From the human T2T-CHM13v2.0 reference genome, Homo sapiens: a stretch of DNA of 64,000 bases. Positions within the stretch are counted from its first letter, which is position 1, and the number at the start of each line of letters is the position of its first letter. Of this stretch, positions 12,568 through 27,960 are shown in pieces. The stretch is taken from the NCBI RefSeq assembly GCF_009914755.1, contig NC_060926.1; one strand, written 5' to 3'. The translations under genes were made by a program, and so were the position numbers. The notes under the pieces were generated by a model that did not search any database, had not been told where the DNA came from, and worked only from the letters and a program-made list of their open reading frames with translations.

Positions 12568-14479
12568 CTGTAGAACAGAACCAATGAAGCAAAATAGTGT
12601 TTATAAGTCATTTTCAATATATGAAACTAAAATAGAGAACAAAAGAAAACATTAGCATAACATAAAAAAAATCCTTATTTAAAATTGTTTTTTATTTTAG
12701 TAGAACGCTAGTATCACATTTGATTGAGGATGTAGAACACAGTGAATTGTCACTGAATACTGAGTTGTAATTTTTTCTACTTACCATGATTCTCTTTGGT
12801 TACTGAGAATCAGTTGTTCCACTTTATACTTTGGTATATGGTTTTGTGGGCAAAGAAAGACATATTGGGGAAAAGACAGTTTATTTAATTGTAACTATTA
12901 GTTGTCATTTATAATCTGAGTTCATTCCTCTGGCACTTAGAACTTAGGTATTTTTTTTTACATTTCATTATATATTGCCATTATATATTGCTATTTATTT
13001 GTTTATGTTTACTTTATGGCCCAAGCTGGATAAGTTTATTGAAGACAACCATTTTCATCATTACTTTTTACTATAGTATTAGACTTTGATACATGATGAA
13101 GGCATAATTTTGGCTTTAACTTTCCATGTTTATACCAAGTTTTTGAGTCAAGTCCCGTGCCAGTGATATCAATAATCTCTCCCTTCACTAGCAATCATAT
13201 GTCCACAGAATTGTAGAATTCAATTGAATTCACAGAATTGAAACTTACAGCCCATGTAATCAACCTTTTTATTTCACAGACAAAAAAATCCCAAAGACTA
13301 AAAGACATTAAACATTTGGCCCAAAGTCAAAGGAAGGATTCATAGCTTTCAAACATTGGAAAAGGGTTCATCTTATATTTGAGTAAACTCTGGCCCAGAC
13401 ACCTGGTGTTTCTTGGCAGCTTGCCTTAACAAGGATCATAACTGATGAATGGACATTTATGGTTTATTCAAATTAAGATAAATCTCACTTATCAGTTGGC
13501 ATAAGGCAAATTAATCCCTAAGCATAATTTTTAGAAACCAAATGCTTTGGTGCAAATAGGAAAGCAAGATCAGTAGCCTAAGTAAAGATGCCAAGTTTTC
13601 TAACGAAGTCTCTCTGTAACGGTTTAGCAAACTACCTAAGGATCATTTAATTACTTTATTCACTCATGCATGCACATATGTGAACACAGCAATACATCTG
13701 GCAGCCTCTTTCTAAAGAGTTTAAAAGAGTCATCAAATTCTCTAAAACATGGCTGTCAGGATTTTTCAGGTTAGAGGAATTTGATTGAAATGTCATTGAA
13801 TATATTACAGAAATAATTACTTTTCCTTGTTATTTGACAAAAATGTTGCTGAATTAATTGATGTATGAATTAGTAAAAGGACTTTTAGATAAGGGCCTCC
13901 TGAGCAAAAAAAAAAAAAAAAAGAAAAGAACAAGATTAAGGACAGAAGAGGTTACTTATAATGAATATTGCTTTCTTTTCCTAGGCTGTAGCAATCTAAG
14001 AATCTTTTTGACATTCCACTGGGTAAGGGTAGAAACAGAAATTTGAGCTTGGAATTTCTTTCTTAATAGATGGTCCAAGAGAAGGCAACGAGGTAGGAAA
14101 TTCGGAACAGAAAACAAGCTAAAAATTAATGGCACTTTTGTGAAATAATGTTATCCATTTTTATTTCTGCAATATGTATAGAGAATATTTATGCTGTATC
14201 GTTTTTGAAAATTCAAAGCTATATCTTGATGTGAACTGAGGTAAAATTGTCCAGTCAGTTTTTTTGACTTTCTATTTTCAAAATCAAAACTTGATATACA
14301 TAAACTAATACCCTGTCAACACTGTGCCCATCAGATAATTCACTTCGATTCCTTTCTGTAAAAAAATAGAATACTTGAGAATGGATAAGCCTCTTTTTTT
14401 TGTCAAAATGTCAGGATAACTGAGAACTTCATTTTTCTTTTTTAATAAAGTAAAAATATCCTTTCCTCCCACCCATACT

Positions 14480-15060
14480 CTTTTATGGAACTATGATTTG
14501 CATATTAGGCATATAAGTCAATGATGTTTGAAATAATTACACCAGTGTAATCTACAACCCATAAAGTTCTGTTTGACACTACTTTCTGGTTTACTCCCTT
14601 TTTCCAAGGAACAAACTACAGTTCTGATCGTAAATTTGTTTTGTCTATTTAGAATTTTATATAAATTGGATTATACAGTACTTTTTATGTCTGGCTTTTG
14701 TTCAACATAATGTTTTTGAGATTCACCCATGCTATTACTGGTTTTAGAAACTTATTATTTTGTATTTCTAAGTGGTATTCCATTGAGTGAATATACCACA
14801 ATTTGCTTATTCAGTCTCATTTTGATGGTCATTTGGGTTGCTTGCAGTTTGTGGCAATTATTTTTAAGAATCTACTACAAATATTTTTGTACAGGACTTT
14901 TTGCAAACACATTTCTATTTCTCTTGGGGCTATGATTATCCTTAAAATAAACTGCCAAACTGCTTCCCACCAATAATGGCGAGGGTTTCATTCTACTTGC
15001 TTGTCAACATCTGCTATTACCAGACTTTCTAATTTTTGCTATTCTAGTGTATGTAAACTG
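14480..15060 (-). mobile_element. Old L1M 3' fragment
   Basis: Decayed L1 3' sequence (tatgtctggcttttgttcaacataatgtttttgagattcaccc). Confidence 0.6.
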
Positions 15061-17075
15061 ATATCACCCTAAGTCCATAATTCACATTAGCATTCACATT
15101 CACTCTTACTGCCATATATTCTACAGGTATTGACAACTGTATTATGACATGCATTCACCATTATAATGTCATACAGCATAGTTTCATTGCCCCAAAAATC
15201 TTCTGTGCTCTGTCTATTCATCCCTCCCTTCCCCCAACCTCTAGCAACCACTGATGTCTTTACTTTCTCCATAGTTTTGCCTTTTCCAGAATGTCTTATA
15301 GTTGAGATCAGATAGTATGTAGTATTTTGGTATGTAGCATGTTCAGATTGATTACTTTCACTTGGTAAAATGCAGTTAAGGTTTCTTCATGTCTTTTCAT
15401 GACTTGATAGCTCATTTCTTCTTAGCACTGAATAACAGTTCACTGTCTGGATCTACCACAGCTTATTTATCCATTCACCTACTGAGGACATCTTGGTTTT
15501 TTCCAGGTTTTGGTCATTATAAATCAAGCTTCTATAAACATTCATGTCCAGGTTTTTATCTGGATCTAAGTTTTCAACTCATTTGGGTAAATAACAAGAA
15601 GCATGATTGCTGTATTGTACGGTAAGAGAATGTTTTGTTTTCTAAGACATTACCAAACTGTCTTCCAAAGTAGCTGTGCCATTTTGCATTCCCACCAAGA
15701 ACAAACAAGAGTTCCTGTTACTCCACACCTTCACAGCATTTGACATTGTCAGTGTTTTGGATTGTGGCCATTCTGATAGGTGTGTAGTGGTATCTTGCCC
15801 TTTTAATTTGCAGTTTCCTAATGGTATGTGATGTTCAACATCTTTTCATATGCTTTTCGCCACCTGTATATCTTCTTTAGTGAAGTGTCTGTTCAGGTCT
15901 TTTGTCCATTTTTAAAATTGATTTATTAGTTTTCTTGCTGTTGAGTTTTAATATTTATATTTTTGATAAGAACCCTTAACCAAATGTGTCTTTTGCAAAT
16001 ATCTTCTCCCATTCTGTGGTTTCTGTTCTCATTCTCTTGACAGTGTCTTTTCCAGAGTAGAAGTTTTTAGTTCTAGTGAAGTCTAGCTTATTATTTTTTT
16101 CATAGATCATGTCTTGGTGGTATATCTAAAACATCATTGCCATACTCAAGGTTACCTCAATTTTCTCCCATTTTATTTCAAGGAGTTTTATAGTGTTGCA
16201 TTTTACATTTAGATTTATAATCACTTTGAGCTAATTTTTGTGAAGGGCATAAAATCTCATATGGATTCAATTGTTTGCATGTGGATGTCCAGTTGTTCCA
16301 GAACCATTTGTTGAAAAGACTATCTCTGTTCCATTCTATTGCCTTTGCTTCTTTGTCAAATATCAGTTCACTATACTTGTCTGGGTCCATTCTGGATTCT
16401 CTATTCAGTTCCACTCATCTTTTTGTTTATTCTTCTACCAATACCACACTGTCTTGATTACTGTAGCTATATAGTATGTCTTTAAGTTTGGTAGTGTCCA
16501 ACTTTCTTATTTTCCTACAATATCATGTTGGTTATTCTGGGTCATTGCTTCTCTATTTAAACTTCAGATTTAGTTTGCCAATATCCTTAAAATAACTGCT
16601 GAGAATTTAAGTGGGACTGCATTGAATCTATAGGTCAAGTTGAGAAGAATTGATGTCTTGACAATATTGAGTCTTCCTGTCTCTGAACACAGACTATCTC
16701 TTCATTTATTTCGTTTTTTTTTTTTTTGACATCTTTCATCGGGTTTTTTTTTTTTAGGTTTCCTCATATAGATTTTGTACATATTTTGCTAGATATATAC
16801 CTAAGTATTTCATTTTGCGGGCTCCTCATATAATTGTTATTGTGTTTTTACTTCAAATTCTACTTGTTCCTTGTTAATATAGAGAAAAATGATTGACTTT
16901 TTAATATAACCTTGTTTCCTGCAAACTTGCTAAAATGATTTAATAGTTCCAGAAGTTCTTTTGTCAACTCTCTTATATTTTCTCCATAAACAATTATGCA
17001 ATCTGAGAACAAAGAAAGTTTTATTTATTCCTTCCCAAACCGTGCACCTTTTATTTCCTTTCTCGTCTTACTGCA

Positions 17076-17467
17076 TGTCTTAGTCCATTTTTTGCGGCTA
17101 TAACAGGATATCTGAGACTGGGTAATTATTTTTTAAAATAGGTTCATTTGGCTCATGATTCTGGTGGCTAGAAAGTTCACGATGGGGCAAACCATCTGGT
17201 GAGGATCTTGTGATGCTTCAACTCTTGGTGAAAAGCAGAAGTGAAGGCAGGCACTTGCAAAGAGACATGCAAGAAGGCTTTCTCAGGAATGAATCCATTC
17301 CTGCTAGAGTGAGAACTCACTCACTTCCACGAGGCAGCATTAATCTATTTATGAGGACAGTATCTCTGTGATCTGAACACCTCCCACTAGGCCTAGCTTC
17401 TAACACTGCCGTACTGGGAATCAAATTTCAACACAAGTTTTGGCAGATGGCATTCAAACCTTAATAT
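17076..17467 (-). mobile_element. MSTD/MLT1A-like solo LTR
   Basis: tgtcttagtccatttt.. start and ..cattcaaaccttaata end; flanks ctgca/ttgca. Confidence 0.75.
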
Positions 17468-18323
17468 TGCATTAGCTAGGACTTCCAGTATGATGCTAAA
17501 AAGAAGTGCTTAGAGGGAGTATCCTTGCGTTGTTCCTAATTTTAGTGAGAAAGCTTATATTTTCTCATTGTTAAGTATGATATTAGCAGTAGATTTTATG
17601 CAGATTTTTTTAAATCCAGTTCAGTATGCTCCCTCTATTCCTAGTTTGTTGAGTGTTTTTACATGAGTGGGTGGTGGATTTTGTCAAATGCTTTCTCTGC
17701 ATCTGTTGACATGATCAAGTAATTTTTATTCTTTAGCTTGTTGATGTGATGGATTAGATTAATCTATTTTCTGGTGTTGAACCAACTTTGAATTCCTGGA
17801 AATAATCCCACATAAACACACTGTATAATTCCTTTTATACATTGTTGGATTCAATTTGCCAATATTGAGTTGAAGATTTTTGCATCTATGTTCATGGAGA
17901 TATTGCTCTGTAGTTTTCTTTTATGGTAACGTCTTTGTCTTGTCTTGGTATTAGGGTAATGCTGGTCTCATAGAATGAGTTTGAAAGTATTCTTTCTGCT
18001 TCCATCTTCTAAAAGAGATTAAGAAAACTGGTATAATTTCTTGCTTAAATGTTTGGTAGAATTCATCAGTGAACCTGTGTGGGCCTGGTGGTTTCTGCTT
18101 TGAAAGGTTATTAATTTTGGATTCAATTTCTTTAATAGACAATTTTAATAGAAAATTCAGATGGTGTATTTCTTCTTAGGTAAATTTTGACAGACTCTGC
18201 CTTTCAAATAATTTGTCTATTTCATCTGGGTTATTGAACTCGTGAGCAAAAAGTTTTTCATAATATTCCTTTATTATCCATTTGATGTCCATGGGATTTG
18301 TACTTACGTCCCTTGTTCATTTC

Positions 18324-21300
18324 ATGTTTTAATTATTATTTTTATTTAACTCATAATTGTACATATTTATAGAGTACAGAGGGATATTTCAATACATTTA
18401 TACAATGTCTAATAATCAAATCAGGGTAATTAGCATACCTAGGACCTCAATCATTTATAATTTCTTTGTGTTGGGAACATTCAAAATTTGCTCTTCTAGC
18501 TGTTTGACAATATACAATAAATTTTGTTGATTATAGTCACCCTGTGGTGCTACAGAACACTAGAAATAATTCCTCCTATCTAGCTGTACTTTTATAACCC
18601 TTAAACAACCTCTCCTTATCCCCCTTCCCCCACTTCCCCACCTCTAGTAACCACTATTCTACTCTCTGCTTCTATGAGATCAATGTTTTTAGCTTCCACA
18701 TATGCATAAGAACATGTGATATTTCTCATTCTGTGCCTGGCTTATTTTGCTTAACATAATGTCCTCCAGGTTTATGATGTTTTACTGACATTATAGTTTT
18801 GATTTGCATTTCCCTGATGATTAGTGACATTGAGCATTTTTTCATAAACCTGTTGACCATTTGTATGTCTTCTTTTAAGAGATGTCTATTCAGCTCATTT
18901 GCCCTTGTTAAAATCAGATTTTTTGTTTTAACCAAAGTTGTTTGAGTTCCTTGTATATTACAGACATTAATCCTTTATCAGATGAATAGTTTGCAAATAT
19001 TTTCTCTCATTCTGCAGGTTGTTTCTTCCTTCTGTTGATTGTTCCATTTGCTGTGCAGAAGCTTTTTAGTTTGATATTATTCCACTTGTCCATTTTTGCT
19101 TTTGACTTTCTTCTTTCCAGTTTGAACCCCCTTTATTTCTTTCTCTTGTCTAATTGCTTTGGCTAAGACATCCAGGGTGAATAAGAGTGGTGAGAGTGGG
19201 CTCTGATCCTTGTCTTGTTTCAGTTCATAGAAGTAAACCTATTCAGTATGATATTAGCTATAGATTTGTCATATACAGCTAACGTTGCCTTGAGGTACAG
19301 TCCTTCTGTACCTAATTTGTTCAGAGTTTTTTCTATCATGAAGGGATGTTGAATTCTATAAAATGCTTTTTCTGTGTCTATTGAGATGATGATATGGTTT
19401 TTGTCCTTTATTCTGTTTATGTGATATATCACATTTATTGATTTGCATGCGTTGAATAATCCTTCCATTCTTAGCATAAATCCCACTTGATCATGGTGAA
19501 TAATCTTTTTAATGTGCTGCTGGATATGGGTTACTAGTTTTTTTTAGGGTTTTTTTTTTCATCTATGTTTATTAGGGATATTGGTCTATAGTATTTTTTT
19601 ATGTTGTATCTTTGCATGGTTTTGATATAAGTGTAATTCTTGCCTCGTAGAATGAGTTTGGAAGAATTTCCTCCCTTTTGATTTTCTGGAAGAGTTTGAG
19701 AAAAATTGGTATCAATTCTTTAAATATTTGGTAGAATTCAGCAGTGAAGCCATCAGCTCCTGAGTTTTTCTTTGATGAGAGATATTTTATTGCTGATTCA
19801 TTCTTGTTACTCATAATTGGTCTGTTCATTTTTTTCTATTTCTTCTTGGTTCAATCTTCATAGTTTGTATGTGTCCAGGAATTTAGACATTTTCTCTAGG
19901 CTTTCCTAATTATTGGTATATTGCTGTTCATAGTAGTCTTTAACGATTCTTCATATTTTTGTGATATCAGTGGTAATGTCGCCTTTTCAATTTCTGATTT
20001 TATTTATTTGGGTCTTTTCTCATTTTTTCTTGGTTAATGTAGCTAATAGTTTGTTAATTTCATTTATTTTTTTCAAAAAACCAACTTTTTGTTATGTTGA
20101 TCTTTTTATGTTTTAGTCTCAATTTTGTTTATTTGTACTCTGGCCTTTATGATATCTTTTCTTGTACTAATTTGGGTTTTTGTTTGTTCTTGATTTTCTA
20201 GTTCCTTGAGATGTATTAAGTTATTTAATTAAAAATTTTCTACTTTTTAAATATAGATGTTTATTACTATAAATTTCCTCTGAATACTAATTTTGTTGTG
20301 TTCCACAGATTTTGGCATATTGTGCTTCTATTTTCACTTATTTTTAATTTTTTAAATTTTCTTTTTAATTTCTTTATTGACTGTTCATTCAGGAGAATGT
20401 TGTTTAATTTTCATGTATTCACAGAGTTTTGAGAGTTCCGCTTGTTACTGATATTCAGTTTTATTTCGCTGTGGTCAGAAAAGGTACTTGATATAATTTC
20501 AATTTTTAAAAATTTGTAGAGAACTTGTTTTGTGGCCTAACATATGATATATTCTGGAGAATGTTCCATGTGCTGATAAAAAGACTGTGTATTCTGCAGA
20601 TGTTGAATGAAATGTTCTATAAATGTCCATTAGGTCCATTTTGTCTTAAGTGCAGTTTTAATCAAATGTTTCTTTGTTGCTTTTCTGTACAGATGATCTT
20701 TCCAATGCTGAGATTGAGCCATTGAAGTCCCCAAATATTATTGCATTGGAATCTATCTCTCCCCTTATATCTAATAATATTTGCTTTATATATTTGGATG
20801 CTCCAGTGTTGGATGCATATATATTTATAAATTATATCTTCTTGCTGAATTATTCCCTTTATCATTATATAATGACCTTCTTTGTATCTTTTTACAATTT
20901 TTTACATACAGTCTGTTTTATCTAAGTATAGTTACTCCTGCTCACTGTTGCTTTTTATTTGAATGGAATATCTTTCCGGCCCTTCACATTCATTCTGTCT
21001 TTACATGTGAAGTGAGTTTCTTGTAGGCAGAATACAATTGGATATTGTTTTTATATCCATTCCACCAATTGATATCTTTTAATTGGGGAATTTAATCTAT
21101 TTACATTCAATGTTATTATTCATAGGTGAGGACTTACTCCTGTCATTTTGTTCATTGTTTTCTAGTTGCTTTATGTATCTGTTATTCCTTTCTTCATCTC
21201 TTATTGTTTATCATAGAGGGTTGGTAGATTTCTGTAATGATAAATTTTTTCTTTTTCCTTTCCTTATCAGTATTCCTTTCCTTAACTGTGTTTTATACTT

Positions 21301-24300
21301 TTGCATGTTTCCATGGTGGTGATTATTGCCCTTTTGCTTCCAGTTGTTGGATTTCCATAAGCATTTCTTGTAAGACCAGTCTAGTGGTGATAAAGTCCCT
21401 CATTTTCCCTTATTTTCCCTTGTCTGGGAAAGACTGTTTCTCCCTCATATCTAAAGATTAGCTTTGCTGGGTGTAGTATTCTTGATTGGCAATTTCTTTC
21501 AGCACTTTGAATACATCATCTTATTCTTTCCTGGTTTGTAAAGTTTCTGCTGAGAATCTGTTAGTGTAATGGGGATTCCCTTGTGTGTGACTTGACACTT
21601 TTCTCTTGCTGTTTTTAGAGTTCTCTTTGTTACTCTGACTTTTGACAAGTTGGCTATAATGTGTCTCAGAAAGGCCCTTTTTGGGTTGAATATGTTTGGG
21701 AAATTTTGAGCTTCCTGAATCTAAATATCCATATTTCCCCAAGACTTGGAGAGCTTCAACTATTGTTTTATTAAGTAGGTTTTCTATGCCTTTTCCCATC
21801 TTTTCTCTTGATATTACTATAATGTAAATATTTGTTTGCTTAGTAGTGTCTCGTAAGTCCTCTAGGCTTTTTTCACTCTTTTTATCTTGATTTTTTTTAA
21901 GTGAACTGTCTTTAAGTTTAGAGCTTCTTCTGTTTTTTTCTAATCTGTTGTTGAAGCTCTCTATTGTATTTTTTATTTCATTCACTGAATTTTTTGGCTG
22001 CAGAATTTCTGTTTGGTTCTTTTTTCTTTTTTATACTATCTCTTTTTAAATTTTTCTTTTATATCATGAATTGCTTTCCTGATTTTGTTGAATTATCTGT
22101 CTGTAATATCTTGTATCTCACTGAGTTTCCTTAGGATCATTATTTTGAATTCCTTTTCTGGCAATTCATAAACTTCCCTTTCTCTGGGGTCTGTTACTGG
22201 AAACTTACTGTATTCTTTTTGTGGTGTCATATTTTCTTTCCTTTTCATATTTTTTGTGTCCCTGAATTGATATCTATGCATCTATTGGAACAATTGCCTC
22301 TTCCAAACTTTCTAGAGTAGCTTTAATAGAGAAAAACTTTCAACTGTAGATGGGTTTTGGTGTGGCAGTTGGAAGTGGTATGGTGATTCTGGTTCTAAGT
22401 AGATGCAGTGGTATAGTCTCCATGCAGCTTCTTTAGCTGCAGTTAATGCCAGTGATAACTGTGAATGCCTCAGTGACCTAAGCTGTAGAAATTAGTGGCA
22501 GTGGCATTGGTAGTGTAGGTTGTTAAGGTTCTCAGTGTCAAGGGTTTTTTTGGGTCCTCCTATTCTCATTTTTCTCTGTAATGGGGAGTCTTAGGGATTC
22601 ACGACAGTCTGACATGGCCTACTAACATCTGCAGCAGTGCCAGGCTCCAGCTGCAGGTGCTCAGACTAGCTGTGGAGACAGAATCTTAGGCTGAGTCTCA
22701 TAAACCATTTTGGCACCTGGGCCTTGAGGTGCCTGTTCACTCTCTGTGATAGGGTTGGATGTAGACTGCTCAGAGAGCCAGGATCTGTGACTATGAGATA
22801 TTCTCTAGCAGCTCAGGGCCAGGAGGCTGAGCTGCGGCTATGATTCTGACCCTGGGGGAGCAGAGAACTGGCCCAGCTCCAGGGAAGAAAGGATGCTCCA
22901 GAAGTTTGGACCCAGGGAGCATTGTATGGCTGCAATTTGAGGGCCAGGACCAGAGCCAATAGGGCTCAATGGTAACTTGAATCTCAGTGGATGAGGTATC
23001 ATATAGTGGTGACTCTAGACCTTTGAATGGTGGAACTTGGCAATATCCCAAATTCTGTGAGGCCAGGAAGAGTAGCAGCAAAGCCCAGAATGACAAAGTA
23101 CAGCTGTCATTTGGGCCTTGGGAAACAGGGAGCAGCACAGCTATCATTCCACTCCTCAGGGAGAGGGGTGTCTTAGCAGCTCATACTCAAAGAGGCTAGT
23201 CCAGCACTATGGAAGCAGGGTACTAGAGTTGTTTAGCCTGTAAGGTGCAGACTTTCAGCATGGCCCACACTCTTTCCCTGGGATGTATTGTATTATTCAG
23301 CTCAGCCCTGGTTGTGCAGCTGCCCAGCTCAGCCAAGGCACTAATTCCCCAGGGGCAATGAACTGCTTTAGCTCATGCCCAGGCACCATTTCCCTGGGGT
23401 CCAAGGTGCCTCTTCAGCTTAGATGCTGAAGCTTGTGTCCACTCTGGGCAGCCAAGCCTCTGTATCCTAGGATGCAGAGTACTGCTTCCACTTAGGCATT
23501 GGGGAGGCATCACTGTTCTGGGCAGCCAAGGTACTGTTTTCTCAGGAGGCAGCGTGCCTCTTCAGCTCAGGCACAGGAGGGTATGGCTGTTCTGGGTGGC
23601 CAAAGCACCATATCCCCCGGATTTCAGGCATGGTTTTAGCTCCAGAACAGGGGGATAGGGTTCAGTAGTGACTGAGAGAGTTATGTAGAGCAGCTGCAAC
23701 ATCCCTGGAAAGCAGCACACAGCTTCATCTTGAATCCCATAGAACCAGACACAGCAGCAACTGGGAAGGGTGTATTGAGCAGTTCTGCGAAGGAACTATT
23801 TCGCTGGGATGCAGAGCATGGCTTCAGCTCAGGCACAGAGGGGCAGGGCACAGCACTGACTGAGAGGCATAGACAGAACAGCTCCACTAAGGCACCATTT
23901 CTGCAGGAGGGAGTGTGCAGCTTTAGCTATGGTTCCAAAGGTGCAGGGTGCAGCAGCCACTGAGAGAGGTCTAGAGAGTGGCTCTGCAAAGGCACTGTTT
24001 TCTTAGAAGGTAGTGTGCGCATCAGCTCTGGCCCCTAAGGGCAGGTTGCTCCAGAGACTAGAAGGGGTAGGTGGAGGGGCTCCATTACTGCTTGGCCCCA
24101 CATAAAACAGAGTAACAGCTGCTTGCAAGGTGCCTTGTGTGGGCCACAGGGCTGGGGTGGTTTGGTGGCAGCTTAGGCTCAGGGATGAAAAGGAACCATG
24201 GCTACTTGCCCCTGGAGCAAGAAACACTCCAGCAATAGTTCTAGATCCAAGGTGGCATAGCACATTAACTATGCAGCCACAGGGGATGGGTTACAGTGTT

Positions 24301-24708
24301 GGCTCCTTCTCCGGAGGGAACACAGTCATGTGAACTCTGGGAAGCTCCCTCAATTGAGCTTACTGCCTGTGAGGACAGCAGGAGTCCCCAGTGATAAGTC
24401 GTACTTGTCAAAGGTGTTGATGGGGGTTTCTAGAATCCTCCTACTTACCTTTACCTTCCCAGGAGAAGTTCCTCCTGGTTCTCATTTGAGCCCAGCTGGC
24501 GAAATCGGGGTGGTGGAGGCCAGTTGTGCTACGTGGCTTCCCTGGGTTTCTGAACTGACTAGGGTTTCTGTTACTCCTTTGATGTACTGACACTCTCCTT
24601 CAGTTATTTTCATCAAAACATAGTTGTTTATTCATTGTTTTGGCTGTCTTAGAGGAAGTGAGAAAGCACTAGGGGCTTCTAGTCAGCTATCTTGCTGATG
24701 TCAGAATC
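18324..24708 (-). mobile_element. Near full-length L1MA with GC-rich 5'UTR and internal ORF2 deletions
   Basis: L1MA 3' end (aatcagggtaattagcata..), ORF2/ORF1 remnants (ORF 21521-21985), 5'UTR ~22300-24700; degenerate TSD cccttgt(t/c)ca(t/c)ttc; deletion junctions near 18775 and 19105. Confidence 0.85.
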
Positions 24709-25330
24709 CCCTTGTCCACTTCTGACTTTAGTAATTTGTGTCTTTTCTTTTTTTCCTTTAATTAGCTTGTCTACAGGTTTATCAATTTGATTGATCATTT
24801 CAATGAAGCAATTTTGGTTTCACTGTTTTTTTTTTCTCAATTGATTTCCTGTTTTCAATTTTACTGATTTCTGCTCTAACATTTTTTACCTTGCGCTTGC
24901 TTTGAACTTAATTTCCCCTTCTTTAGCTAGTTTCCTAAGGTGGAATCTTAGATTATTGATTTAGATTTTTCTTCTTTTTAAATATATGCACTCAGTGCTA
25001 TAAATTTCCTTTAGGCACTGCTTTCACTGCATCCCACAAATTTTGTTGTTTTATTTTCATTTTCAATTATTTCAAAGTATTTTTTTAATATCTCTTTGGA
25101 TTTATTTTTGACCTACGTGTTGTTTGGAATTGTGTTGTTTAATCTCCAATGTTTTGGGACTTCCCAGCTATACTTCTGTTATTGATTTCTAGTATAATTT
25201 CATTATGTTCTGAGACCAGACATTGTATGATTTCTTTTAAGTTTTTAAAGGCATGTTTATGGCTCAGAATGTGATATATCTTGGTGAATATTTCTAATGA
25301 GCTTGAGAAAAATGTGTATTTTGCTTATGA

Positions 25331-27960
25331 ACATCACAAGTGCATCTTAGTGTTTTCTTTTTTTTCACCCCCTTAGGTGATACGATAGCTAGAGTAAGCT
25401 GGATTTGGGTATCTGATGTATTTCTCTTCTTCCACATGGAAGACTAGAGGGGAATAGGGTTGAGTATATCCCTTCATTCAGGTCAATTAGGCTTTGATAA
25501 AACCTGGCAGGTTAGGCTCTGATATAATAATTTCTCTTAAGGGAAGATCCTATTAAGAATAAAATGCTCTGGTGTATTTCAAAACAATTTCCACTCCTTC
25601 TGCAAGAAGCCTGTGGGGACTTTTCTCTGATCTTCATTGTGAGAACTTTTTAGAGTTTCTGAAGATAAAACTCACAAGTGGGAGGGCCCATCTATTATTG
25701 CCTTCACCCAGTGTTTCATATTTTAAATTTTCCCACACTGAGCCTCCAGAAATTTATCAGTTACAGTTCAGATTTTCCTACCTGGTATTGGTTCCCATAC
25801 AGTGTGTTTCTACTCTGGTAAATTGTGGTTCTCTGTATCCATCTGTCTGTCTTTCCAACATGGGGGATAGCAATGAAGCATCCTTCATTGAAGGCATGAC
25901 TTCATTGAAGGAATGACTTCACTCCTCTGATGGATCTAAGAAGAAAGGTCGATTTTTCAGCTTGTTCAGCTTTACTTTTTTAATGGGGTGACAACTTCCA
26001 ATGCCAGATGTCATCACATGCCAGACCAGAAACCAGAACTATCTTTTTATTTTAATCCATCTGTGTCTTTACCTTTAAAATGTATTTCTTATAAGCAGTA
26101 TCTACTGGGTTTTGCCTTTTTATCCAGTCTGTAATCTCTGCCTTTTAATTGGAGGGTTTGGTCTTTGTATATTTAATGTAATTATTGCGAAGGTTAAGTT
26201 TAAATCTAGCATCTTACTATTTGTTTAATATTTGGCCTCTCTGTTCTTTGTTCTTTTGATCATTTTTCTATTCTTTTGTATTTAGTATTGTATTTGTCTC
26301 CACTGTTTTTTTTTTATTCATACTTCTTTATGTTATTTTGTTTTAATGGCTGCTCTAGGGATTGTAACATACATCCTTAAATTGTCCTAGTATACCTTAA
26401 ATTCATATCACTTCACATATAATGTAAGAATCTGACCATAGTGTATTCTATTTACCCCAATGTCACTTGTGCTATTATAATCCTACATTTTATTGTTATG
26501 CATATTATAAACCCCACAATACATTGTTGTTATTTTGCTTTAAACCTTTAATAGTCATTTTTCTGAATTTAAGAAAAAAAAAACAAAAGGTGTATTAACC
26601 TTTTTGCTATTTCCAATAACTTTCAGTCCTTTCTGTTGATCGGAACTCATATCTGATGTCATTTCCCTTAGCCTAAAGAATTTAGCTTAGAATTTCTTGT
26701 AGTACGCGTCTGCTGGCTATGAATTTTCTCATCTTTCATTTATTTGGAAATACCTTGATTTCACCTCCTATTTTTGCTAGATATAAAATTCTAGATTGAC
26801 AATTATTTTTTCTGTCATTTTGAAGAGGTTCTTTCATTATAAACTTGCTTCTTGTTTTTTATTGAAAGTTCACTGTCATGTCTAAGATTTTCCCATCAGG
26901 GATATTCTTTTCCTTGCTGCTTTTAAGGAGTTTTCTCTTCGACTTTTATTTTTAGCAGTTTGATTGTGACGTGCCTAGAAGTTTTTTTTTAATTTTAATG
27001 TTTATTAAGTCTGTTGGATGTGAGGTTGATGTTTTCAATTAAATTCGAAAAACTCTTAGCCAATATTCTTTCAACTTTTTTTGCTATGTATTCTTTTCCT
27101 CTAGAACTCCATTTGCAGGTATATCAAATTACCTGGTATTATCCTAGGGTCATTAAGATGCTTTACATTTTTTCAATCTTTCTTCCCTCAGCCTGTCAGT
27201 TTGAATAATTTTCCTTAACATGTCTTTAAGTTCACTGATCCTTTCTATCTTCATGTCTAATCTTCTGACAAGCCTATTTAGTGATTTTTTTAAAAGTCTC
27301 AAATACTGCATTTTTCAGTTTAATTCCCATTTGTTTTTTCTTAGACATTTCTCCTAAAATGTCATATCTTATTCTATTATATCTATTTTTCCTATATATT
27401 TGTTAACATATTAATAATTTTTGTTTTAAAGTCGTTAATTCCAGCAACTGAGCCATCTGTGGATCTGTTTCTGTTAGCTTTTTTCTCTTGCTTAGAAGCC
27501 ACACTTTCCTGCTTCTTTCATGCCTAGTAATTTCTGATTATATACTGAGCATTATGAATGAGAAGTTTTAGATACTCTGGATTCATTATCTTCCTCCAAA
27601 CAATGCTGATTTTTGCCCTATCAGGCAGTAAATTGCTAGAGCATATCCTTGTTCCTTTGGAATCTTGAGTTTTTGGCTTTATTCGAACAAGTATATTTCA
27701 GTTTTGCTTTTAGTTCTATAGCATAGACCCTAGTCCTAAAACTTGATCCTTACTCATAAACTACAGCCTTTCTGAGGTTTTAATAAAAAGCCCCAGGTTT
27801 TACAAGCCTAGACTGTAATTTGGCAGAACTTGAACCCCAAACTCTATCTTCCTAGAAGCAAGCATTTTCTGAATTTTCCCCTGGGATTTTAGTCTTCTAA
27901 CTATCACTTTCTGCAAGGATTCTTACAGTCTTTATTCACACATGTACAGTTCAAGAGTCA
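25331..27960 (-). mobile_element. Old L1M 5'UTR/ORF1-region fragments
   Basis: Decayed L1 sequence (tatccagtctgtaatctctgccttttaattggag..). Confidence 0.6.

Larger units (their letters stand above)
15061..25330 (-). mobile_element. L1MC1-like element, interrupted by an LTR (17076-17467) and an L1MA (18324-24708)
   Basis: L1MC-type 3' end (aagtccataattcacattag..) and ORF2 remnants that resume after 24722. Confidence 0.8.

Noticed and set aside
25610-26040. Similarity to 53890-54280 suggesting a local duplication
   Set aside because: The copies are highly diverged; more simply two fragments of the same old L1M family.
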